DNA of 63,998 nucleotides, counting the filler, from Licmophora abbreviata (lineage: Eukaryota): the NCBI GenBank assembly GCA_900291995.1. It is 14 parts of 14 records of this genome, joined end to end, with 100 filler letters (N's around TTAATTAATTAA, not from the genome) between each part and the next. Parts side by side here need not be neighbours in the genome. Positions count along the whole stretch, not along the records: positions 1 to 5,668 come from OLMU01006033.1; positions 5,769 to 8,153 come from OLMU01006034.1; positions 8,254 to 12,680 come from OLMU01006035.1; 11 more parts are not named here. One strand, given 5' to 3'. The notes beneath the pieces are model-generated. The model made no database searches and was not told the DNA's origin. It was given only the letters and a program-made list of their open reading frames with translations. A program made the translations under genes and the position numbers. How positions within the stretch are numbered: the first letter of the stretch is position 1; each line of letters begins with the position of its first letter. Below are positions 1-12,611 of the stretch, piece after piece.

Positions 1-34
1 TATGATACTTCCTTTATCACTCCAGATCCTTGTT

Positions 35-283
35 TCACTCTTCCTCGTCTTCCTCTTTGCTTTCTTCTTCCTTCAATTTGTCTTCTTCCTCCTCCTCCTC
101 GTCTTCCTCTTCGTCGTCGTCATCGTCGTCGTCAACATCACCAGGATCGAACAAATCCGAATCCCACGTCTTGTGGAGATCTTCGAGAGATATGCCAGCT
201 GCTTCCATGATTTCGATGTCCTGCTTCAAATTGGGGGCCATGTTATTGAGTTCCTCGCGTCCGATTGTAGTGAAAGTGGTCAC
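35..283 (-). CDS. Short acidic protein or terminal exon, paralogous to the C-terminus of the gene at 667-1128; 5' end uncertain
   Basis: Encodes SLEDLHKTWDSDLFDPGDVDDD plus a D/E tail, matching the neighbour's SLEEIWDRDLFDPGDVDDD with mostly third-position differences; possible acceptor ctag just upstream. Confidence 0.5.
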   Translation of the reverse strand: MTTFTTIGREELNNMAPNLKQDIEIMEAAGISLEDLHKTWDSDLFDPGDVDDDDDDDEEEDEEEEEEDKLKEEESKEEDEEE

Positions 284-666
284 AATAGCCTAGCACAGCA
301 ACAATGACAGCACCAAGGTACAGTCGGCTTCATCAATGCGAACAAAGAACAAAAGCGGCTTGAAACATCAGCGTTACTACGAATTCGGATATTCGTACAT
401 AGTAGTACAAGTAGGTTGGATCACACGTAGAAATCTACGGAGATTCGTACAACCGGGTGATGAGAACCAAACGACCAACGACGCAAAAAGCAAAGGACAA
501 GCAAACGGACAAACGTCGCGTTTTGGCGTTCGTCGTCCTGTATCGTCGGCGGATGATCTTCAAGGTCTAAGACCTTGGCCTTTGGAAGACTGTAGCACCC
601 AGTCCCCGCTTCACCTTTTTCTCCCTCACCATCTACCTAGTTCTTGCACAATCTCCCTTCTTCATC

Positions 667-1128
667 ATGTCCATGCTAGCACAGCTCGCCAAAATCCCGG
701 CTCCATTGTTTGGAACCGCTGCCACGTTCGTTCAGTACGGACGCGCCACATCGCGCAAGCTCCCTGGACTCGTTGCCTGGTCTTTTCCTGCCGTCGTCGG
801 CGGTCTGTGGTTCCTATGGCCCGCTATCGATGAGGAGTGGAAGCAGAGCATCGGACTCGGCAAACGGGTAGTGGCAGCGAGTACCCCGGCACCTCCCAAG
901 GAGCCTCAACTCGACGCCGCGGCTCTGGCCAAGGTAGAACTTGCCTACAAGGCAGGCGCGGTGGAGGAAGAAGCGGACGAAGACGAGAACGAGGACGCAG
1001 ATATGTCCTTAGAAGAAATCTGGGATCGCGACTTGTTTGATCCAGGTGATGTGGATGACGACGACGATGATGATGATGATGACGACGAAGATGAGGAGGA
1101 CGAAGATGACGAAGACGACGATGAGTAG
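667..1128 (+). CDS. Small single-TM protein with a long acidic tail; N-terminus resembles cytochrome bc1 small subunit QCR10/UQCR11 (tentative)
   Basis: ATG-initiated 153-aa ORF; TM segment LPGLVAWSFPAVVGGLWFLWP followed by AIDEEWKQSIGL; poly-D/E C-terminus. Confidence 0.6.
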   Translation: MSMLAQLAKIPAPLFGTAATFVQYGRATSRKLPGLVAWSFPAVVGGLWFLWPAIDEEWKQSIGLGKRVVAASTPAPPKEPQLDAAALAKVELAYKAGAVEEEADEDENEDADMSLEEIWDRDLFDPGDVDDDDDDDDDDDEDEEDEDDEDDDE

Positions 1129-1460
1129 CTCACGAGCCTGTGAAGGGTCAGCTTTTGCAAGGTGCGACCAGGCAGGAACTTTGTGATTTCATTCGCCATG
1201 ACATCCACTGCAATAACTTTGACTGTACTTCAGTCAAGGACTGTCGTTCTTGTCTAAAAAACATCAAGTAGTAGTTTTTACTGCCTATGTTTAAAAATGT
1301 GTCCGTAGATCATGTCGCGTACAACGTAAAGGTAGGTAGGTGTAAAGAAAAATGCTAGCGAAGTGCGTTTGGTCGTTCATACGGGACAGACCCACTGGAC
1401 AAAGTGTTGGAAAAACGGTTGTTGTGTGCTTCCCAAAAGGAGGCGAGTCAGTCGAGCAGC

Positions 1461-2809
1461 TCAAACTGTCCCGTTCCCCTTGCTCTCCCTATCGGTTTCA
1501 GTAGCTTCCAGCACCTCCAGAGGCTGGAGCACCTCCACGCCACCAACATCGTCGGAGTTGTTCGTTCCTTCTACTACTGCCTCCTCCATGCCATGTCCAG
1601 CAGAGCCTCCACCAGCAGCCTGCGTGGCGAGGATCGTGACCCAGAGAATCTCCACCAGGTCGACCCATAGAAGGCGATTCTCCACCGGGACTAGTCCGTA
1701 TGTGACACAATGAGCGAGTGGCCAGAGCTTCAAACCACTGACGATAAGCGGAATGGTGGTGCGTTTCACGTCGCCCCACATGACTTCCCACGATTCTCGT
1801 TTCATCAAGGCCAAGAGAACTATGTACGTGTTGTCTGCAGAAGGAGAATGTGCGAGTGAGCAAACTGCTCAACGCAAATCATACCCAAGCATATCTCCTT
1901 CTCACCAAAAAAACTTACTCCAGAACGGCCCCCAAAAGACCTGATCCACGATAACTTTAGGAAAGAAGCTCCACCACTGCGTCCAGTGAAACACATTTTG
2001 AAATACAGATTCGCTCCATTCATACCAAACGTGACTCATGGGGCCGTGAGCGAGCAGTCCCGCAGTCATGCTTCGAAGTGTACGCATACGATCGAGTTCC
2101 CCCATATTCCTCCCTTCTGTTCTCTGCGCAATGAGATCTCCAATAGTATACACTGTGGCCGACGTGATAGCCTTTGTCTGTACCGGTGCAGTGTCAAGAA
2201 TGGCCGAGTATCCCATCCAATTGTCCACTGGAATTCGCATTGCGATTTCTTCGGGAGTCCATCCTCGGAGCATATGGGCATCTACAGTGGTGAATTTGTA
2301 AAGAACAGCAAAGGCAACAAGGAGCATAATACCCGAATTAATCATTCCTTGTCGGTTCATCTGGAAAAACTGGTCATATTGGTACTGTAGAGGATCCTCT
2401 TCCGGAAGTCTTGGTGGCTTGGGCTGCAAAGTGGACTCCGCCATTGGCAAGGGGTTATTGGACACGCGAATGGTCTGTACGAACAAATTTGGACCGACAG
2501 CCTAAAGAAATGCAAAAATTTGAGTTAAATCAGAGCGAGACTAAGTGAGATGGTGGTATGTCGAGTGCCGTCCATGACTGGGAGCACAGAGGAGTGTGCT
2601 GAAGAGATCGCAAGGAAGAGATCGCTGTGGTCACTTTTTAAGTTTTCGATTCTCGTCGGATTCTACATGGATTTAGTACCATCTCCGAATTGAGTCTCGA
2701 TTAGCAGTTTGCAAAGTATTTTGGAACATACCGGTGCGGTCTTGAGTTTTAGCGGAGCAAACGCTTCCGCAGAGAGCCACATAACCGCCAACAATGCAAC
2801 CCTCTTCAT
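1461..2809 (-). CDS. Mpv17/PMP22 family membrane protein, plastid-targeted, multi-exon
   Basis: TKAITSATVYTIGDLIAQ, GPMSHVWY, KVIVDQVFWGP, LKLWPLAHCVTYGLVPVENRLLWVDLVEILW; signal peptide MKRVALLAVMWLSAEA-FAP (ASAFAP-type); GTATGT donor at 2731 and an intron at ~1836-1917. Confidence 0.88.
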
Positions 2810-3072
2810 GATACACATGGCGGTGATGAGGAGAGTGCTGTCACTCTGCAACGTTGCTGGAGATGCTTTCGCTACGACGGCCTTTGCCATTCATTGTCTT
2901 TCGAGCTGTTCCGTCGCCCGTCGGACGTCGCAACACAACGTGGTCTAGCTGTCGCCCGTCTTGCTTCCTGACCACTCATCATCTGTGTGACATTTTACAT
3001 TTTCAATCTGCGTGAATGCTAAAGTGTACGATACGATTGATTCCATCTCCCTTCCGCTTCACTGTTAGCATC

Positions 3073-5505
3073 ATGTCGACCAGGAAGGTCAAAGTCTTGC
3101 TCGTGGGAAGAGTGGCAGGTCAATCTGTGGATGATTTCGTAAAAAAAGTATCCGCTCTGCAGACGTCCAAAGCCGGTCCCTTCGATGGCTGTTTTGTAAT
3201 CGATTCTGTCGGCAGTTTCGAAAAGCTTCTCGAAGAGCAAAGTGTTTCAGAACTTCCCCTACTGACTTATGTCCTCGATGCTGCTCCCTCCGAGCAAGAG
3301 ACAAAAGTCGTTGAGTCCCAGAAAGTCCAGAAATTGAGGATACTACGCGGGACCAATGTTTGGAACGTTGATCTCGCAAAGACACAGCTGGTCGTTGCCA
3401 CATGCCCTTCTCACGTACGAATGGATTCCGCCTTAGCCAAACCACTCATGGATAAAGTCTCTCACGTCAGTTACGTGGGATGCGATTTGTTTTTGTCCTC
3501 CGAATGGCCCCAAGGAGTTGAACAGGTCTTGGTGTCGCCCGCTGACGCCAACGCGGAGGTCGGATCCTACGACGTAGCCGAAATGGCGTTGCGAGCTCGA
3601 CCACGATATCATGTCGCTCCCCACTCTAGCTTTTTACAATCGCTCCCGTTTCGCCATTTGGCGGCCACGTCGTCTACGTTTACTCCGAAACACGTGGGGC
3701 GATTCCTCACTTTGGCACCGGTCGTGTCGCCATCGCAATTTAAGACTGTGGGCAAGACGGGGAAGTTCGTCCATGCCCTCGGATTGACTCCATTATTGCA
3801 CATGCCTGCCGAAGAGCTCGAAGTGCTTCCACCACAGCTACAAGTATGTCCATACACAGATGCTTCGTATGCAAAAGATGGTATCTCGTCATCTCCCACG
3901 TCTGCGGCGACCGGCAACAACTCGAACATAGGACTGTCCGAGGCTCAGGCACGTCGACTCTTATCGGAAGCTTCCGGGACGGCCGGTGACTCGCATACGC
4001 GCTGGAATACCAAAAAAAGATCTAGAAATAGTGCATCTGCGGAACAGAACGAAGAAGAGGAAGCCGATCCAGCGAATACGACATTGTTTCTACATGGCCT
4101 TCACAAGGACGTACGGGGCACACTGCAGACGGCGAGTGCGGCGCTACTGCAGGCCTTTGCCAAGTATAATGTGGAACGTGTCCGACGGCCGCCAGCGGCG
4201 TCCTCGTATGCATTTGTCGAGTTTTCCACGCATGACGAGGCCAAACGGTGTCTGGACGAATTGGGTGGGGAAACGGTTGTCGAAGGTGTGCATTTGACGT
4301 TGAAGTGGGCCGCCGTGAATTCCAACAAGAGCAAGGATCAGCAACTCCAGTCGAACAAGAAACAACGATTGACCGAGGCTGAAGCCATAGATTCGTCGAC
4401 ACTTTATTTTCGGCTGCCAACCAACGTATCCTCGACAGAAATTCCTGACGCGGCACAGGCAACCCGCAAGCTCATGGAGCGCACACTGGAGCACGCCTTG
4501 GGTGACCCCGATGTAACTGCCGAGACGGAACCGGCACTTCAGGTCAAGCTGCGACTTCCTAATGATGAGAAGAACTTCGGTTTTGTTGAGTTTGCGTCGC
4601 ATGCAGCTGCCAGCATGGCTGTTGCGACTTTGACTGGCAGCACTGACGGGGGCACCGTATCTGCACAATCGACTACTGAGCTACCAAGTGACACAGTTCC
4701 GTCAACGGTGATGGGATCAGCGCTCTACTGGGCGCACGATGCAAAAACAGAAGAGCAGATGGACTCTAGAGGACTCAAATTCCAGCGAAATCATTTCCCA
4801 CCCGACGGGCGGACCGATTGCTGGTTCTGCCTTGCGTCACCGACGTGTGAAAAACATTTGATCGTCTCAGTTCACAATGAGTGTTACGTTACCATGCCGA
4901 AGGGCCCTGTGGATCGTCTTGGACATGTGCTTCTGGTTCCTGTCACACATTCGAGCAAGGGTGCGCTGGTAGACCGCTCGGTTGCCGAAGAGATGGAGGA
5001 TTTGAAGCAGCGACTGCGACAACATGCATCCGACGTTTGGGAGAAAGATGTGTTAGTGTTTGAGCGTGCCATCCAGACCAAAGGAGGGTATCATACGCAT
5101 GTACAGTGTGTACCTGTCGAGCGAGGCTTGGGACTGAAAATTCAGTCGACCATGATGGGCATGGCGCGTAGCGTACCAGGCTTCAATCTGCGAGAGCTCA
5201 CTTCCGATGTGGCATTGACCGCCGTGATGGGCAGCGCTGACGACGATGAAAGCGATGAAGGATACTTCTACGCCGAGGTGCAATTTGGTCCAAAGGAATG
5301 CAAGCGGTTCTTGTACAAAGCCAAGGCAGCGGACGACTCTGGGCGGCGCCGGACTGTTCCGCTTCAGTTTGGCCGAGAAGTACTAGCTGCTGTTCTCGGC
5401 AACGTAGACCTGGCGCATTGGAAAGCCTGTGTGGTCGATCAACAAAAGGAAGCCGAGCTCGCTGACTCGTTTCGAGAGTCGTTTACGAAGTATCTACCGT
5501 CATAA
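3073..5505 (+). CDS. CWF19L1: CWF19-like protein 1 (Drn1-like) with two central RRM-like domains
   Basis: N-terminal degenerate phosphoesterase region (KAGPFD, CDLFLSSEWP, RPRYH); C-terminal CwfJ motifs CWFCLASPTCEKHLIVS, GHVLLVPVTH, HTHVQCVP, LQFGREVLA; RNP1-like YAFVEF and FGFVEF. Confidence 0.9.
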   Translation: MSTRKVKVLLVGRVAGQSVDDFVKKVSALQTSKAGPFDGCFVIDSVGSFEKLLEEQSVSELPLLTYVLDAAPSEQETKVVESQKVQKLRILRGTNVWNVDLAKTQLVVATCPSHVRMDSALAKPLMDKVSHVSYVGCDLFLSSEWPQGVEQVLVSPADANAEVGSYDVAEMALRARPRYHVAPHSSFLQSLPFRHLAATSSTFTPKHVGRFLTLAPVVSPSQFKTVGKTGKFVHALGLTPLLHMPAEELEVLPPQLQVCPYTDASYAKDGISSSPTSAATGNNSNIGLSEAQARRLLSEASGTAGDSHTRWNTKKRSRNSASAEQNEEEEADPANTTLFLHGLHKDVRGTLQTASAALLQAFAKYNVERVRRPPAASSYAFVEFSTHDEAKRCLDELGGETVVEGVHLTLKWAAVNSNKSKDQQLQSNKKQRLTEAEAIDSSTLYFRLPTNVSSTEIPDAAQATRKLMERTLEHALGDPDVTAETEPALQVKLRLPNDEKNFGFVEFASHAAASMAVATLTGSTDGGTVSAQSTTELPSDTVPSTVMGSALYWAHDAKTEEQMDSRGLKFQRNHFPPDGRTDCWFCLASPTCEKHLIVSVHNECYVTMPKGPVDRLGHVLLVPVTHSSKGALVDRSVAEEMEDLKQRLRQHASDVWEKDVLVFERAIQTKGGYHTHVQCVPVERGLGLKIQSTMMGMARSVPGFNLRELTSDVALTAVMGSADDDESDEGYFYAEVQFGPKECKRFLYKAKAADDSGRRRTVPLQFGREVLAAVLGNVDLAHWKACVVDQQKEAELADSFRESFTKYLPS

Positions 5506-5668
5506 ACTAAGCTAAGCTACCGGTACCAGCACTTTGCATGAGGCGAAGGCTTTCAATTTAGACAATGTAATCTCAGTTCTATAATAAAAGTTACCATAGT
5601 ATGAAAACTTTTCTGCTCACTCGTCCGTCTTTCTCTGGTACCGGGAGGCGAGTGTGACTGACTCACTC

Positions 5669-5768
5669 NNNNNNNNNNNNNNNNNNNNNNNNNNNNNNNN
5701 NNNNNNNNNNNNTTAATTAATTAANNNNNNNNNNNNNNNNNNNNNNNNNNNNNNNNNNNNNNNNNNNN
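5669..5768. other. Artificial contig linker; same 100-nt linker at ~8154, 12681, 14988, 23056, 25572, 30249, 31543, 33631, 35320, 40581, 47152 and 61290
   Basis: N-run + TTAATTAATTAA (stops in all six frames) + N-run, fixed length, interrupts conserved genes. Confidence 0.98.
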
Positions 5769-6170
5769 CTTGACTCAAATATGATTGCATCACGAATGAC
5801 GCAAACAATCATATCTCATGTGTGCTTTCCAACCAGCTGTGCAAATAGATGAGAAGCATCACCATCTGGTAGATCACCAGGTAGACGGCGGGCTCTCTCT
5901 ACCCGTACCCGTGTGATACAAAGTCATCTCGGCCATATAAATTGTAAAGCCGTAGAAAAAAACTAACAAGCACCTGAACCTTCGACTCTACCAGGTAGCT
6001 AGTCTACGCACTGCAGCCTACTTAGTGTTCGATGGTCATGTATATGGCCTAGAAAGCACCTCTATTGATTCAAGGTATTTCTGCAGTCGACCATTAGAAA
6101 TAGCACAGAAGCATATCAGATACCAGGTCGGTCGTGGAAGAGCCCCTCCACTAGCGACTGGCGCACTGGT

Positions 6171-6610
6171 TTAGTTCAGGTTGAGATTGGGCACCTCTAA
6201 GTCATCCTCTTCCGTATCTCCATCACCTTCCTTCTTTGCTGGCATTTTCTTTTCTGCTTCTTCCAACGCCTTGTTTCCTTCCTTTATGGCAGCGGCCGCT
6301 TGCTCTTCCATTTCCTTGACTTTCGCAGGATCGGTCATGGCTTCCTTTGTCTGCGCGATGTGAGCCTTCATGGCCGGATTTTGCATCATCTTTTTCATTT
6401 GAGCCTGGAATTCGGGAGATTGCATCAGCTTTTGAGCCTCCCTCATCATTTCAGGATCCTGGGGGGTGGAAAGGGTGGCAGTAAGAAAGGTTAGAAGGAG
6501 GAAGGTCAGACTTCCAAAGACAGATTCAACAACAGGCCGCTCGGAACGGGAGCGCACCATACCTGCATGTCCTTCATCATTTGTGCGAGCATCATGTTGT
6601 TTGCCGACAT
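6171..6610 (-). CDS. Small STI1/DP-repeat-like Met-rich protein, 2 exons (intron 6459-6562)
   Basis: Spliced product MSANNMMLAQMMKDMQ|DPEMMREAQKLMQSPEFQAQMKKMMQNP...MTDP; canonical GTATGG...CAG intron. Confidence 0.75.
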
Positions 6611-7123
6611 GGTGGAAGAGTTTGTCTTTGATAAAACAGGTGAGAAAACAAGATTCGAGTCGAGTCCGATGAATGCACGAAGGTTGAAGAGCGAAGGGTC
6701 GTAAATGGTGTCCTGTGTGGCGTGTGGGTTGCCTGTTTCATCGCGATCTACGTTCACACTCAACTTCAACTTCCGGGTTTTGTTTCCTTTCGAGCTCGAA
6801 ATATCAGAAAAGCATGCACGGAGCGCGAGAGAAAACGAAAAACGAAAAACAGAAAAAGAGAGGGGAGCGGATGACACATAGACTACTGGAGTACGATCGA
6901 ACGAGGCAAAGAATGAATCGAATCAAGACGCCAAAGTTCTTTTGTTTCTCTATTTCATCAGATCATCAGAGTCCAAAGCCGTTCATTGAGCTGATTCCCG
7001 GCATACTAGAGAGAGCAAAAGTCTTCAAACTTAGTAGAACGCACAACAGGAGTCGAGTCATCCGTCCTTTCTGAATCTTGCTTGATTTTCAGGGATACCG
7101 GTACCAGAAATCCGAAAAATAGA

Positions 7124-10100
7124 ATGGGAGCCAGTCATGCCGCCTTCTTCTCGGCCGACGAAGAGTTCCAGACGCCGAATTATACTGTTGAACAACGACT
7201 GTATCCGGGATCTGGTCGTATGATGCGGACCTTTCGGATTGTACACGACGAAACTGGAGCGCTCGTTGTCGCCAAGTATATGTACGTGACCAAGGACGAC
7301 GAAGAGAAGGTACAAGAACACGTCAAAGAGCTGCGACGCATAAGAGATGCGCTCCAAGGGGAGCCCCACGTTGCCCCATTTCAAATGTGGAAAATCGACG
7401 ACTATCGAACACGCTCTCCTGGCACGCTGCCGATTCGTCCAGTACAACTACTCCGTCCCCATGTCTATACAACACTGTCCGATCGCTTGGAGACGCGACC
7501 CTTCTTGGCCCACGTAGAGAAGCTTTGGATCTTTTATCAATTACTGAAGGCTCTACAAGCCATGCACGAAAAAGGAGTGGTGCATGGATTTTTGAACACC
7601 GAAAACGTCGGACTCACCAGCTGGAACTTTGTCGTCATCTTGGACATCGCTAGCTGCAAACCACAAACGTCGCTTCCAGACGATGATCCATCCGAGTATC
7701 TGTATTACTTTCAGGAGCTCAACAGGCGTGGCGGCGACACGACACCCCGAGAAAAGAGGTGTTATCTCGCGCCTGAGCGATTCACCTCGGGTGACGCACG
7801 TACTAGGACGAGGCCGCTAACGCCTGCCATGGATATGTTCAGTGCCGGCTGCGTGGCCATCGAAACCTTCTTGAATGGGGAGCGTGCCCTGGATTTGGGA
7901 GATCTGATGGAGTATCGTGCTAAAGGATCATTCACGCCGCCACTGCAGCAAAAGCTAAACAAAATAGAGTCTTCCTCGCTTCGAGCTGCCTGTCGCCACA
8001 TGCTCCACATTGACCCAGTGGAGCGTCTGTCAGCCAAAGACTACCTGGAAAGATTGGAGTCAGTCATGCCCGCGAGCTTTGAGAAAGTGTTACATCCTTT
8101 TTTCCGACGTGCCGCCTGTGAGGCATTGCTTCCTGATACACGGATGGCCTTGGNNNNNNNNNNNNNNNNNNNNNNNNNNNNNNNNNNNNNNNNNNNNTTA
8201 ATTAATTAANNNNNNNNNNNNNNNNNNNNNNNNNNNNNNNNNNNNNNNNNNNNCCTACTACGAAAGCATGCTGGCGAATACCGTGGGAGCCAGAGATACC
8301 GAGGGTGCACAGTACTTCAAGCGAGTTTTGGGATCCGCACTGTGTGACTTGGAATCTTCAGCATTACAGTCGACTGTCGTTGCGCTGCCACCTGATGGTG
8401 AAGAAAAACACAGCTCGGAAGAGGAGCGGCTTCTTTCAGAAACGGGAGCTTTGCTGCAGAAACTGGACTTTCTGAAGTTTGACAATTACGACGAAGAGTC
8501 TTTGCCTGATACCCCACTTCAGGCTCAGCATGGCTCGCAACCGACGCCTCTTTCCATGGCGTCAGCGAGCTCTCTGCTCATCGTTTTACAGCTTGTTCTG
8601 AGTACCATCCGAACTGTGCAGCGTCCATTTTCGAAACTTGTCGGATTGCGGCTTCTTGAGCACTGCGTCAGATTCTCATCTGACGAGTCGAAACTTCAGC
8701 GAATTCTACCTGTTGCAGTCTCTCTTCTCAACGATCAAGAACCTCTGGTGAGAGCTACTGCTGTGCAGGTGATAACCTCCACCATGTCAACTATAAGAGT
8801 ATTTCCGCCTTCTGATTCGAAGATATTTCAGCAGTATGTTTTCAAACGCATGGCCCACTTGATCAGTGACCAGTCCCTGGTTGTCAGGGTAACCTTCGCA
8901 GGATGCATTGCGTTATTGGCGGATACAGCCCATCGCTTTTTGGATATAAGACACGCTGTACGTTTATACGAAGCGGTCGGTGCAGGTACAGGCGAGGTCG
9001 GAAGCACTCACGGCTCCGATGGTCAAACGACGCCGGGCGGTGTCTTCACGGATGAGGCTGCTCGACTGCTTGGAGGGTCTTCCTTTGTGGCGGATGGCAT
9101 GGGGCCGGGTAGGAAGGATAACGCCGAGCAAGAGCCGGTGTCTGCCTTCGGGACTGCCTTGATCGATGACTCGTACAGCACGGAGCTTGCAGCGCTCCAG
9201 GAGGTAATATCGAGATGGGTTGTTCAAATCACTACAGATCAGTCCCAGCATTCATCCCCAATGAAGCGCAGCCTTCTGTGTGATCTGACTCGATTGTGTA
9301 ACTTCTTTGGTCGCGATGGGGTTATGGCATTCATACTGCCTCAAGTCCTCGCATTCCTGAATGATCGACGTGACTGGCAACTAAGGGCTGCCTTGTTTCA
9401 TCGACTCCACTCAGTATGCTATATCCTTGGGCGAGCCGCTACAGAACATTTTGTTCTTCCATGTTTGGAAACTGCGCTAGTCGATGGTAAAGACGAAGTT
9501 ATTGACGCCGCTCTTCGTTGTCTGACGTCCCTGGTAGAGATGGGCCTTACCTCACGATCGATCCTCGTAACTCCTCCGAAACTTGGTGAGGTACACGGGG
9601 ACCAGAATCGGTACGAAAATACTGCCTGATTTCGTCTGATCTAAAGTATCACCTCTAACAGGACACGCTTTGCTTCTGTCCACAAGGGATCTGCTCGCAC
9701 GATATCTGCCTCTTCTCCTATTCCCTTCGTCAAACGTGCGCCGGAGCGGTATTGCCTTGGTGTATTCTTGTTTGAAAGCATTCGGCTTCCCTGATGGACA
9801 AGTTTTTCTTCTTCCGCTGCTCAGACCATATTTGCGCTTTGAACCTAGTTCGAATGTTCTCATGGTAGGTTTTCTGTGTCCGTGCGCTGTTTTGCGCTCT
9901 CTCGAGACCCAACTTTGCGCGTACCTCTTTTCTAGTCACCACAGGGTATTGAGAAGTGCCTGGTCCCAGCGATGTCCCGAGACGATCTCGACCAGCGGCT
10001 CGCCTTACTGGATGCTTCGATCGATTCTCCAGAAAGGGAGCAGTGGACTTCAATCGGCACTGAACGGCATGACGAGCCACGCTCAAGACTGGAACAATCA

Positions 10101-12527
10101 GGAACACAAAGCCACGACCATCGTCCAGTATTGGGTCAGAAGGAAGCTGGTTCGGGTGCTGAATATGAAACGGACTTGAAGGTGAGGCAGAAATGTGGCT
10201 CATCGCAGCTACAAACCGTGCATGACAAGTGTCGATCGAATTTCAGCGCCTAACTCTCCTTGCAGGCTTCTCTCGATATGCTCGTGTCTAGGTACATTAG
10301 ACTTCTTGCTGGGGGTCGTTCTTTGGCGTCGAACTATTCTTCGAAGTATGAGCAACGTCGACTGGGTGTCTCGATTGAAGGCTCAACAAAACTGTCTCAG
10401 TCGACAAAATTTCCCAAACAAAACATCGCGGGAACGCAGAGGCTCTGTATTCCGCTCTGGTACTCTCGTCTCAGCGAAAGAAAATCGACTAGTTGTGCTG
10501 CCTCGGCGCCGAATGTCGTTCGTTCCGCTTCAGCTATGGGTCAAGGTAAGAAAAGTGGATCTTGGCATCCATCACCCCTGCTCCAACCGTCTAACAGCAA
10601 ATCTTGAATGCTTTTGTGGATGCAAAGTATACGGCTTGTCATTACTGCACTCGGCGACGACTGAGATAGAGAACGACCCGCTAATGGGGGATGAAAATAT
10701 GGATGCCTCGTTTGAGCACGGTACCATGTGCGACGAAGATTGCGATAAATTTTTGGGCTCGCATGAGGTACGTGGTGAATGATTCATTGTTTTCCATTTT
10801 TGCAGAAGTTGGACGAGAGATCTCATGGAACCCTTTACTCTATACTTTCAGACGAAGATCATCGAGGCTGCATGCAAGGGCGAATGGGGAGCCGATACGA
10901 TGATTAATCCTGTTATTGATGATACAGCCCTCCTTCTTGCCAAGCTTCGGGGCCTCGACGTGCCAGTTCTCCCACCAAACCTCGCAACGCTCAGGCCCAA
11001 GTTTGGTCGTGTGACGTTACAGGAACAGGCCGGTTCAACCGAATGGAAGCCAAAAGTCGATGGGATTGTCGCGAGTAGCTCACCGGCGAATGGTCATAAT
11101 GCAGCAACTGCTCGTCTTGCTCTTTCTCCGAACCAGAGTTACTTCGTTTCAGCAAGTCATGATGGCACTTGCCGCGTGTGGGAGTTGAGACATGTTGATG
11201 ATTGCGACGGGGTTTTGGAAAGCTCGGTGGAATATGGCGGTCATTCAGATTTCGCAAATGGCCGATCATCTGTGACCCGAGTCAATGACGTGACAACCAT
11301 CGAAAACTCCCATTCTGTTGCATCTGCTGGGAGCGATGGGGCGGTTCATGTCTGGCGTGTCGACATGGTGTCAGGCCGAAAGAAAAGGCAGATTGAAGAC
11401 GACATCGGGGCTCGTCATGTCGAGGCGTCGAAGAGGAGGTCAGTCTTAGTCTGTAGGAGCATGCCTTTGTCCTTGAATGGCTCTAACCTACGCTTATCCC
11501 TTGCCACCAAAGGATGGAAACAGCAACCGTCTCGGGAAGCTCGGAAATTCGAAGGATTGAAAGTAGCGAAGGGGAGGTGCTTGCAGTTGCTCATTTCAAT
11601 TCTTCTTCAGCGTCACTGCTGATGTTTGCGACTCAGAGTTGTGTTCATTCGTGGGATCTTCGCTCGTCTCGTGAGCCTTTTAAACTTGAGCACCAGCCGG
11701 ACACTGGATATCAAAGCAGTATGGCGATCGGGGCTGATCACAACTGGATTGTAACTGGTACGAGCAAAGGGTTTTTGGGGGTGTGGGATATCCGCTTCCA
11801 ACAAGTGGCAAAATTGTGGCGCCACAGTAGCGGATCTACTGTTCGCCGGCTGGCTACCTCTGTAACTTCTCCATCGCAGATATGGGGCAGCAAAGTGCAT
11901 CCGAATGAGGAAAATCGACCGTTTCTGCTTGCGGCATGTGGTCAGAATGAATGCTCGTTGTTTGACTTACTGTCGGGTTCATGTCGCCAGAGTTTCAAAG
12001 TGTCCTCTCCTTCAAAAACTGGATATGCTACCCATGCGAATCACCCATCCAAAACGATACTCCCGGTATTGAATCATGTCCCCATCACATCTGGAATCGC
12101 TAGGATGTCTTCGGAGTTGCTGATTGGAGGGAGATCGGAACCCGTTGGACCACACATCAATGCAATGGTGGGGAGCTTTGGCTGCGGCCGCAGTTTCCTT
12201 CTAACTGGCGGCCAAGATTGTATCATTCGGTACTGGGATTTCAACAACCCCGGGAAATGCTACGCCATCAACAGCTCAGGACCCCACCGGCAAGCGAGTT
12301 TTGAGAAAATTGATTGTGGAGGAAGTCGACAAATGTTGTGCCAACAGCCACTGAATTTCAGGAGAAGTGATGTGGAGAGCTCCAAGCTTCCTCGAGCTTC
12401 GCACAAAGGAACAGTGCGTCCGCAATGCCTCAACCTTGATTCAATCCAAGATATGAAGCTCATCGAGTATCCCATGAATGGCTTTGTAAGTTGCTCACGA
12501 GATGGATTGATACGAGTCTGGCGCTAA
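7124..12527 (+). CDS. VPS15: VPS15 / PI3K regulatory subunit 4 (kinase + HEAT + WD40), multi-exon, spans one linker
   Basis: MGAS myristoylation-type start; LSDRLETRPFLAHVEKLWIFYQLL, LPDDDPSEYLYYF, RCYLAPERF, MDMFSAGCV; HEAT region DESKLQRILP, AFLNDRRDWQLRAA; WD40 motifs SASHDGTCRVWE, VWDIRF, SCSRDGLIRVWR. Confidence 0.93.
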
Positions 12528-12611
12528 GTAAAGATGTTATTATGGAATCAAGCAGGGGCATCTTTTGCAACCTTTCATTCTTAGAGCGCGCCTTGAGGCA
12601 TGCCTACCAGC

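Noticed and set aside
2..1208. Poly-Ser and poly-hydrophobic ORFs (2-307, 30-293, 945-1208)
   Set aside because: Antisense readings of GAY/GAR acidic codon runs
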